Source of the DNA: Ignavibacteriota bacterium
GTDB lineage: Bacteria > Bacteroidota > Ignavibacteria > UBA10030 > UBA6906
DNA: 64,000 nucleotides
Assembly (NCBI GenBank): GCA_963837815.1
Contig: CAWIOS010000015.1
Span: 258,774 to 322,773, forward strand
Direction of reading: 5' to 3'
Shown here: positions 19,365 through 26,769 of the stretch, piece by piece
Position numbering within the stretch: the stretch's first letter is position 1
How the letters are laid out: every line of letters starts with the position of its first letter
Program-made: the position numbers and the translations under genes
The notes under the pieces: model-generated
What the model was told of the DNA's origin: nothing
The model's database searches: none
Seen by the model: only the letters and a program-made list of their open reading frames with translations

Positions 19365-19554
19365 CGAACTCTTCCGCGCGGCGCGCCTCCAGCTTGCGGG
19401 GAGCGCCTACGCCGCACGGCCGATCCCCTTCGAAAGCATCGCCATGTGCATGCTCCTGGCGCAGCACAGGATCATCGCGGACCTGCAGCAGCGGATGAAA
19501 CAACTGGAAGCAGCGCATGACGACAGCGCGGACAATCACCGGGTGGCTGTTTGA
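19288..19554 (+). CDS. Small all-helical hypothetical protein. It overlaps the 3' end of the ImuA-like ORF and the 5' end of polB.
   Basis: It is in a third reading frame and reads MVIQQEMESWGKFRRGLRREDQEALDELF.... Its stop overlaps the polB start by 38 nt. Confidence 0.3.
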   Translation: MVIQQEMESWGKFRRGLRREDQEALDELFRAARLQLAGSAYAARPIPFESIAMCMLLAQHRIIADLQQRMKQLEAAHDDSADNHRVAV

Positions 19555-21811
19555 CCTCTATCCGTCACGGCAGGGAATCACCCTCTGGCTTGTGGACCGT
19601 GACGGGGCGAAGCACTGCTGCCACGACGCGTTCGCCCCGTGGTTTTACATGCATGTCCCGCCTTCGGACGAGGCGCGCGTCGAGGCAATCGTGCGCCTTT
19701 TTCCGTTCCGCGTCACGCTCGACAGGACGGTGCGGAAGGAAATCTACACGAACGAAGAATGGGACGTCCTCCGCGTCACCGTGCATGACACGCTCCACCT
19801 GAAGGACGTCGTCCGCCGCCTCGAACCGCACTTCCCGCATTTCGTCTTTTTCGATTCCGACATCTCCTCTCAGCAGCTCTACCTCTACAGGACGGGGCTC
19901 TTCCCGCTTGGCTTCGCCGAGTACACGATCGACGAAGAGGGGCGTCTCGCCGGATGGAAACTGGACGACGATCCCGCCGCGCTGGAATACCTGCTCCCAC
20001 CCCTTGTGACGATGACGCTCAAGAGCATCCCCGACTTCGTCTCGCCGAAATACCGGAAGACGTACCAGCTCGAGGTCGGGTACGAGGGGAGCATGTACGC
20101 GCTCGAAAACGAGGAGCCGGCCGAGGTGATCGGATCGCTCAACCGCCATCTCACGCGGTGCGACCCGGACATCATTATGACCGAATTCGGGGATGCCATA
20201 CTCCTCCCGATGCTCACGCGCATTGCGGCCGAGGAGGGACTCCCGCTTGCACTCAACAGGGACCCCGATGCGGGGTACTTTACGACAGGCGAAACGAGCT
20301 ACTTCGCCTACGGCAAAATTGTCCACAAGGACGGCGCATTTGAGCTGGCCGGGCGCTGGCACCTTGACACGGAGAACTCGTTCATGATGGGGGAAGCAAG
20401 CCTCGACGGCGTCGCGGAAATCGCGCGCCTGACGCAGCTTCCCGTGCAGCACCAGTCCCGCGCGACGATCGGCTCGGCGCTCTCCTCGATGCAGCTCTCC
20501 TGGGCGTCGCGCAACGGGTACCTCATACCGGCCAAAAAACGGGAGCCCGAGGAATTCAAATCCGCCTCCACGCTCCTCCTTGCCGACCGCGGGGGGCTCA
20601 TATTCCAGCCTGTCATGGGATTCCACGAACAGATCGCGGAAATGGACTTCGTTTCGATGTACCCCACGATCATGGTCGAGCACAACGTCTCCCCGGAGAC
20701 CGTCAACTGCCGCTGCTGCCGCAACGAAGCGGTCCCCGAACTGGGCTACACGATCTGCGAGCGCCGTGAAGGGATCGTCCCCGCCACGCTCCGCACCGTC
20801 GTCACGAAGCGGGCCGCGTACAAGAAGACCAGGAAAGCCCTCAAGCGCGCCGGGGACGGGAAATGGAAGCTGTACGACCGCCGGCAGAATGCGCTCAAAT
20901 GGATGCTCGTCACCTGCTTCGGCTACCTCGGTTACAAGAACGCCCGTTTCGGGCGGATCGAGGCGCACGAATCGGTAAACGCATTCTCCCGCGAAGCGAT
21001 CCTGCGCGCCAAGGAAATTGCGGAGGATCGGGGATACAAATTCATACACGCGATCGTGGACTGCATGTGGCTCTGGAAGGAGGGGGCGACCGAAGCGGAT
21101 TACGAATCACTCGCCCTGGAGGTGCGGAAAATCGTCGGGATCGACATCTCGCTCGAGGGGATGTACAACTGGATACTCTTCCCCTCGTCGAAGATGGATC
21201 CCCGCATACCGACCGCCAACCGGTACGTCGGCTGGTACGCAAACAACGAGATCAAGATCCGCGGCATCGAAGTCCGGAGGCGCGACACCCCCGTCTTCAT
21301 AAAGCGCCTCCAGGGGGAAATGCTCCAGATATTCGGCACGGCGCCCACCGTTGCAAAGCTGGAAGAACTCATCCCCGCGGCCCTTGCGAAGGCCGGCGAA
21401 GCGGTCGCGCTCCTCCGCTCCGGAACGGCGAACCCGCTCGAGCTTGTCATCCGCCGCCACCTGTCGCGTGACCCGGAAGAATACACGACAAACACCGCAA
21501 GTGCCGGCGCGGCGAAAGCCCTCGACGAGGCGGGCGTCCATCTTGCGCCGGGGGAAATGGTCGAATACATCATCGTGGACGCTTCCGGGAAAAAGAAGCC
21601 CGCGAAGGCGCTCCCGGTCCCCCTCTACGAATCCGCCGAAGGGTACGACATCGAAACGTACACCGACATGGCGCTCAAAGCCGTTGAGACGCTCCTCCTG
21701 CCGTTCGGGTACGACGTGGAGAAGCTGCGCGAAGTGTTCGGCTGCTCGCTGAAGAAGAAGTTCCCGGCCATCTCCCGCGACACGGTGCAGGGGTCACTCT
21801 TCGATTGCTGA
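19517..21811 (+). CDS. polB: B-family DNA polymerase, predicted proofreading-deficient (Exo I motif lost) with a divergent motif C
   Basis: Motif A is DFVSMYPTIM and motif B is KWMLVTCFGYLGYKNARFG. Motif C is IHAIVDCMW instead of IYGDTDS. The Exo I position reads VTMTLKS where Pol II has VSIDIET. At 764 aa it is about the length of E. coli Pol II. Confidence 0.8.
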   Translation: MTTARTITGWLFDLYPSRQGITLWLVDRDGAKHCCHDAFAPWFYMHVPPSDEARVEAIVRLFPFRVTLDRTVRKEIYTNEEWDVLRVTVHDTLHLKDVVRRLEPHFPHFVFFDSDISSQQLYLYRTGLFPLGFAEYTIDEEGRLAGWKLDDDPAALEYLLPPLVTMTLKSIPDFVSPKYRKTYQLEVGYEGSMYALENEEPAEVIGSLNRHLTRCDPDIIMTEFGDAILLPMLTRIAAEEGLPLALNRDPDAGYFTTGETSYFAYGKIVHKDGAFELAGRWHLDTENSFMMGEASLDGVAEIARLTQLPVQHQSRATIGSALSSMQLSWASRNGYLIPAKKREPEEFKSASTLLLADRGGLIFQPVMGFHEQIAEMDFVSMYPTIMVEHNVSPETVNCRCCRNEAVPELGYTICERREGIVPATLRTVVTKRAAYKKTRKALKRAGDGKWKLYDRRQNALKWMLVTCFGYLGYKNARFGRIEAHESVNAFSREAILRAKEIAEDRGYKFIHAIVDCMWLWKEGATEADYESLALEVRKIVGIDISLEGMYNWILFPSSKMDPRIPTANRYVGWYANNEIKIRGIEVRRRDTPVFIKRLQGEMLQIFGTAPTVAKLEELIPAALAKAGEAVALLRSGTANPLELVIRRHLSRDPEEYTTNTASAGAAKALDEAGVHLAPGEMVEYIIVDASGKKKPAKALPVPLYESAEGYDIETYTDMALKAVETLLLPFGYDVEKLREVFGCSLKKKFPAISRDTVQGSLFDC

Positions 21812-21890
21812 ACAGTATGCCGGGCGCCACTCAACGCCTTGCAGCCGGGCAGATCGAAAAGCAGAAGGATGCTGTGTGCAACAGCCCGCC

Positions 21891-24092
21891 TCAGGGGAGC
21901 GCATTAACGAACCCGATTTCGCGGGCCGACATGCGTGATACGTTGAGCGCAGCCCCTCCCAGTATGCTGATCGTGAGAGTCGCCGTCATGGCGCGGGAGG
22001 GAGATGTGGAAAGCAGCTTCAGCACCGAACTCTTTTTGAGGAAGACTCCCGGGGCTTGATCCGTCCGTATCTGTTTTCCGTTCACGTCGAGCCATGAAAT
22101 CTCGAGCGCGGCATTGGCGTACGCCGAATCTGCCGATCCGGTGCAGGTGCAGAGATACATTCGCCCTTCCTTCGCGGCAAATCGCACATCCACGTGGACC
22201 GTATCGTCTGTTCTCGCCTTCTGAACTGCGGGGATAAGCTCCGGGCCGTACGAAGGGGCGATCGGGACTGATGAAACCCGGAAGAGCGCCACGCCCGTCG
22301 ACCGGTACCATGGGACGACGAATCTCCGCGACAGCCACTCCTCGCTGCACACGCACCCCGCGCTGTCGTCCCTGATGAGAAGATAATCCGCACCCAGCGT
22401 GCGCAGTGCCGCGCGAAGTGAATCCTCCGGACCGCCCAGCACCCCCTCGATAAGCGAATACCGCCACGGTCCGAAAAAATCCCCCCTGAACCCACCGTCT
22501 GTAAAATACGCCATCTGGGAATCATGATACGAGTAGAGCGTGAATCCCCTTCCGCCCCGTTCGTTCAGGAGCCTCACAGCCCTGTAGGAGGGGAGGCGGC
22601 TCTCGAGGTACTTGTCCCTTCCCGCGGCGTTCGACGGGGGGAATCCGCTCCTCCCGGCCGTCCGGAGTGTGTAGTTGAGCGCGGGGAAGAACATGACCAT
22701 GGCGACGACCGCAAAACCAAGCGGGAGAATCGCAGATGACACGTTCCTTCTGAAGAACTGACCCGCCCCTGCAGCGGCCGCGGCGCAATAGAGGGGAATG
22801 ACAGGGATCAGATAGCGGAGCATCGGGGCAGTGTAAAACCAGAAGAGCGTGTATGCCCCCGCCGCGACAACCAGCCGGCGGGCTGACCGGTCCCGCACCG
22901 CCGCGTACAGGGCAAACGGGATTCCCGCGAGGAGCATGTACGAGAGAGACCCTTCGGTGTGGAACAACTCGCTGCGGAAGAAGAGATTCCACGGGAGCGT
23001 GAGGAGAGACGAGAAACTCTTTCCCGATCCGTACTGTGAGACGAGGTCCGAAGTCTGTGCCGCGATGTCCGCCGCGTTCCAGTACTTGAGACCGAAAACA
23101 CCCGAGAAAAAAGGCCAGACGGGGTTTCCCGTCCATGCGAAATTGTACAGGTACCACGGGATCCCGCTGATGAGAAGCGGGGCAAGGAAGATCAATGATG
23201 AGCGGAGAAATCTCCCGCGGCCTCCTCCCAGGAGTATCATCATGAGAAGTACCGGCGGAAAGAAAAGGGCCGAGTATTTCGTGCCGACGGCCAGCCCCGT
23301 CATGAAACCTGACACGACAAGCCATGGTTCTCCGTCCCCTGCGCGCCACCGTTCAAACGAAAGAAAACTGAGAGTCACAAACGCCGTCAGGAGCATGTCA
23401 CCGAATGCAACCCCCCCGAGAAGAAGAATCGCCGTATTGCTGAGAAGAAGTCCGGCCCCCCAGAGCCCTTCGCCTTCTCCGCTTGCCCTCCGGACGAACG
23501 ACGTCACGGCGGCGGCGGTTACTGCGAGCGCGAGAAAACTCATCCACTGCGCGGTAATCTCGTTTCCGAGGAGAAGCGAGCCTGCGAACAGCATCTCCGC
23601 AAGCTCGGGGAACACGGCATAGCGGAACTCGGGCGTCGGGCTCACGATCCCGGTCGCTGCAAATTTCCGCGCGACCGCAAGGTGATACGTGATCGCGTCG
23701 GATCCCGTCGGGGGATAGAGGGGGAGAAGCAGGAGAGGAACCGTGAGAATCACCAGTACGAAGAACGCGGTCCTGTACAGTGGATCAACGGCGCCACGCG
23801 CAGGTGGAGGCACCGGCGCGCCGCCCCGTGGGATGAGCGAAAGCACCACGTACAGTGCGAGAAGACCGCCGAACGGGACTGGTTTGAGCCACCCGCCGTT
23901 GCCGAGCCCGAATGCCAGGAGTGCCGCGATGCCGAGCCCCGCGGCAGTGGAAAAGGAGAATTCCTCCCAGCGTGAATCGAACCTGAGATCAAGGAAAAGG
24001 AGGGCGCGCCTTCCTACGAGGAAGGCGATCCCGCCGGCAAGAGATCCTCCGAAGATGGCGCGCGCCAGGAACGCCAGCGAATCAGGAACCAT
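21891..24092 (-). CDS. GT39/ArnT-like (PMT_2) polytopic membrane glycosyltransferase
   Basis: It has many TM helices at the N-terminus and a soluble C-terminal domain. It is divergent from the GT2 plus DUF2304 pair. Confidence 0.6.
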   Translation of the reverse strand: MVPDSLAFLARAIFGGSLAGGIAFLVGRRALLFLDLRFDSRWEEFSFSTAAGLGIAALLAFGLGNGGWLKPVPFGGLLALYVVLSLIPRGGAPVPPPARGAVDPLYRTAFFVLVILTVPLLLLPLYPPTGSDAITYHLAVARKFAATGIVSPTPEFRYAVFPELAEMLFAGSLLLGNEITAQWMSFLALAVTAAAVTSFVRRASGEGEGLWGAGLLLSNTAILLLGGVAFGDMLLTAFVTLSFLSFERWRAGDGEPWLVVSGFMTGLAVGTKYSALFFPPVLLMMILLGGGRGRFLRSSLIFLAPLLISGIPWYLYNFAWTGNPVWPFFSGVFGLKYWNAADIAAQTSDLVSQYGSGKSFSSLLTLPWNLFFRSELFHTEGSLSYMLLAGIPFALYAAVRDRSARRLVVAAGAYTLFWFYTAPMLRYLIPVIPLYCAAAAAGAGQFFRRNVSSAILPLGFAVVAMVMFFPALNYTLRTAGRSGFPPSNAAGRDKYLESRLPSYRAVRLLNERGGRGFTLYSYHDSQMAYFTDGGFRGDFFGPWRYSLIEGVLGGPEDSLRAALRTLGADYLLIRDDSAGCVCSEEWLSRRFVVPWYRSTGVALFRVSSVPIAPSYGPELIPAVQKARTDDTVHVDVRFAAKEGRMYLCTCTGSADSAYANAALEISWLDVNGKQIRTDQAPGVFLKKSSVLKLLSTSPSRAMTATLTISILGGAALNVSRMSAREIGFVNALP

Positions 24093-24189
24093 GGTGTTCA
24101 GCCGGATGAGAAACTGAGTGTGAGAGCACCATTTGTGAAATGACGCGTGTTGAAATTTGACCTACGATTCTCTACGTTGCACGGGCCAC

Positions 24190-24912
24190 ATGGATTCCCC
24201 CTCCCCCCATATCGCAGTCGTGGTGCCGGCGTACAACGAGGAAGAGTCGATCAGGGGCGTCGTCAGCGATATCCGCTCCTCGATCGAGCACTCCGGCCTC
24301 AGGTCCGACGTCATCGTTGTCAATGACGGGTCGACCGACGGGACAGCCTCGGCGGTGCGGAACCTCCCCTGCGTCCTTCTCAGTCTCACCTTCAATGTCG
24401 GAAAGGGGGCGGCGACCCAGCTTGGTTTCCGCTACGCCCACGCCCGCAACTGCGAATACGTCGTGCAGATCGACGGTGACGGCCAGCACAAGCCGGACGA
24501 AATAGGAATACTCCTGAAACCTCTCGTCGACGGAACTGCCGACGTCGTCATCGGCTCGAGGTTCATCGGCGACGGCGGATCCCGCTCCTCGTTTGCACGA
24601 AGGATCGGGATAGGCTATTTCAACGCCCTCCAGGGGCTTCTCCTGCGGCGTCGGTTCACCGACAGCACATCGGGATTCCGTGCGATGAACCGGAAGGCGC
24701 TTGCCGTCTGCATTGATGAGTACCCCGACCAGTATCCCGAGCCCGAGTCCATCGTCATGTTCACGCGGCGGAAGCTCCGCGTCACTGAAGTCTCCGTCCA
24801 CATGGACGAACGGGTGGGAGGACACTCATCCATCGGGATGATTGTCGGGCTTCTCTACCTGTTCAGGGCCACGCTTGCCATGCTTATGACAGTCCTGCGC
24901 ACTCTCAAATAG
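24190..24912 (+). CDS. GT2 polyprenyl-phosphate glycosyltransferase (ArnC/GtrB/DPM1-like)
   Basis: It has IAVVVPAYNEEESI, VIVVNDGSTDGT, the DXD motif QIDGDGQHKP, and a C-terminal TM segment. Confidence 0.85.
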   Translation: MDSPSPHIAVVVPAYNEEESIRGVVSDIRSSIEHSGLRSDVIVVNDGSTDGTASAVRNLPCVLLSLTFNVGKGAATQLGFRYAHARNCEYVVQIDGDGQHKPDEIGILLKPLVDGTADVVIGSRFIGDGGSRSSFARRIGIGYFNALQGLLLRRRFTDSTSGFRAMNRKALAVCIDEYPDQYPEPESIVMFTRRKLRVTEVSVHMDERVGGHSSIGMIVGLLYLFRATLAMLMTVLRTLK

Positions 24913-24927
24913 CGGAAGGAGAAAGTC

Positions 24928-25290
24928 ATGGATACGGTTGTCCCTCTTCGGATTCAGATCCTGAGCATCATCGGCAGCGTTTTCTTCCTTCTGTTTATCG
25001 GGAGGCTGATACTGAGAGGAAAACTGAGAGAGGAATATGCGATTATCTGGGTCGTATGCACGGTCGCCCTTCTTGTCCTGTCGTTCTGGCGGGCGGGACT
25101 CGACCGGATTGCCGCACTCCTCGGGGTGTTTTACGCCCCGTCTCTCATATTCCTTGCCGCCCTCTTTGCCGTTACAATATTCCTCGTCCACCTCTCCGTC
25201 GTAGCGACAAGGCTCGAACACCAGAACCGGCTCCTCGCCCAGGAACTGGCTCTCCTGCGAAACGAACTCCGCGAATCAAAGAAGGCCTGA
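24928..25290 (+). CDS. DUF2304-family small membrane protein
   Basis: It has 3-4 TM helices and a C-terminal coiled coil. It sits in the canonical position downstream of a GtrB-like GT2. Confidence 0.6.
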   Translation: MDTVVPLRIQILSIIGSVFFLLFIGRLILRGKLREEYAIIWVVCTVALLVLSFWRAGLDRIAALLGVFYAPSLIFLAALFAVTIFLVHLSVVATRLEHQNRLLAQELALLRNELRESKKA

Positions 25291-26508
25291 CGGAAGTCTC
25301 GGCGATGAAATGAGCTCCTCGAATATCTTCCACCGTACATCGGGCTTTTTCGCGACGCCCCCTGCGGACTCGATATACCGTTTCACCATGTCCTGACCGA
25401 GGTTGTAGTTTATCACGTAGCTTCTGTACTTGTCGAAGAACTTCGTCCGCTGCAGCGCCCGGTCCGCCGGCATCAGCGCGTAATTCGTCAGGTACGCGAC
25501 CGCCTCCTCCCTCGTACACTTTCCGTCGAGATACTTCCGCGCGGCTTCGTTCCCTGCGTAGGCGAGCTTCAGAAAGAGCGCGTGTATCCTGTAATACTCT
25601 CCGGCTTCATCCGGGGGAAGCCCCGCCAGGGGAAAAAGCACCTCCCTCTCAAACTCCGCCCGCTCCTCCCCGGGGAACGCCATGTCGATGCCGAAATTCG
25701 CGGTCCCTTCAGCGATAAGCGACTGCGGGCTGAAGAGGGGATAGACGGTGAATTCCAGCCATTTCCTTCCCCGGACAAGATGCGTCTCAAGGAGTGAGTT
25801 GTAGAGATGGTGGCCGGGATACCCTTCGTGGCTTGCGAGATCCACCGCCCTGTCGACCGTGATGGGGAGATCGGTATTCACCTGTATCAGGCTGTGGCAG
25901 TTCCCCTTGAACCAGTTGTACCCGCTCCATGGTTTGTCGGTCACGTACTCGACGGTAAAGCTCTCTCCCACCGGGAGGGCGATCCGCTTCGCCGTCCGTT
26001 TCCTGCTCTCTTCGATTGCCGCTTTGAAGACACTGTCGAGTTTCTCTTTCGGAATGACGAAATTCGCCCTGTACGCGTCGAACCGTGCCGGCGTTTCCCC
26101 TTTCCCCGGCAGCGCCGCCCCCAGCTCATCGCGCAGCGCCGTAAAATGCTCTTCATCATAAGAAGGAGCCTTCGCGTCGTACAGGGCCTGTGACTCCTCG
26201 TCAAACGTCATCACCTTCCCGCCGAGTATGTCTACCTTAGCGATGAGTGCCTGGAGCTGGCGCACAATGTACCGGTGACGAAGACGGACCATGTCGTCCA
26301 TCCGGGTGGGCGAAAGCATTTTCAGCTCGGCGATCGCCGATGCCCCCCTCTTCCGTATCGTCTCAAGAGGAATGATCTCCCCGCGGAAAGTATCGGGACC
26401 GTAGTACGCATCAACGTAGTCTCCGTCGTGCGCCCCCACGGCGAGAACGAGCCGTATGTACATTTCGGAAAGCCTTGCGAGTGCAGCACCTGTCGTATTC
26501 TGTTTCAT
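25276..26508 (-). CDS. DUF885-like putative metallohydrolase
   Basis: It has the signature HEGYPGHHLYN (the DUF885 HExxPGHH motif). No signal peptide is evident. Confidence 0.45.
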   Translation of the reverse strand: MKQNTTGAALARLSEMYIRLVLAVGAHDGDYVDAYYGPDTFRGEIIPLETIRKRGASAIAELKMLSPTRMDDMVRLRHRYIVRQLQALIAKVDILGGKVMTFDEESQALYDAKAPSYDEEHFTALRDELGAALPGKGETPARFDAYRANFVIPKEKLDSVFKAAIEESRKRTAKRIALPVGESFTVEYVTDKPWSGYNWFKGNCHSLIQVNTDLPITVDRAVDLASHEGYPGHHLYNSLLETHLVRGRKWLEFTVYPLFSPQSLIAEGTANFGIDMAFPGEERAEFEREVLFPLAGLPPDEAGEYYRIHALFLKLAYAGNEAARKYLDGKCTREEAVAYLTNYALMPADRALQRTKFFDKYRSYVINYNLGQDMVKRYIESAGGVAKKPDVRWKIFEELISSPRLPSGLL

Positions 26509-26769
26509 GTGAACCTGGTTCTTTGGGGTGTGAGGAGCGCGTCAATCCGGGATACGGGTTGAGGCTATGATAGCGAATTCCGGGCAATTCTTCACGCAGC
26601 GCGCGCCCGATTCGGGATCCGGCATTGCGGATGAATCGGCTTCCGATCGTGGCCGGGTCAACGGTTCTCCTTTTTCTCGTTCTCCTTCAACAGGCTCAGC
26701 GTGTGCTCCAGCCCATGGCTGTCGGCCCAACCGAGCCGCGGAACTTCACACCGGCTGACCCGGGATAAA

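Noticed and set aside
19565-21049. 494-aa minus-strand ORF inside polB
   Set aside because: polB motifs A and B are on the plus strand. The antisense ORF is low-complexity.
26509-26769. 260-bp intergenic region between the DUF885-like gene and priA as a possible small RNA
   Set aside because: It has no clear promoter-plus-terminator pair or conserved-looking structure. I cannot support a call from the sequence alone.
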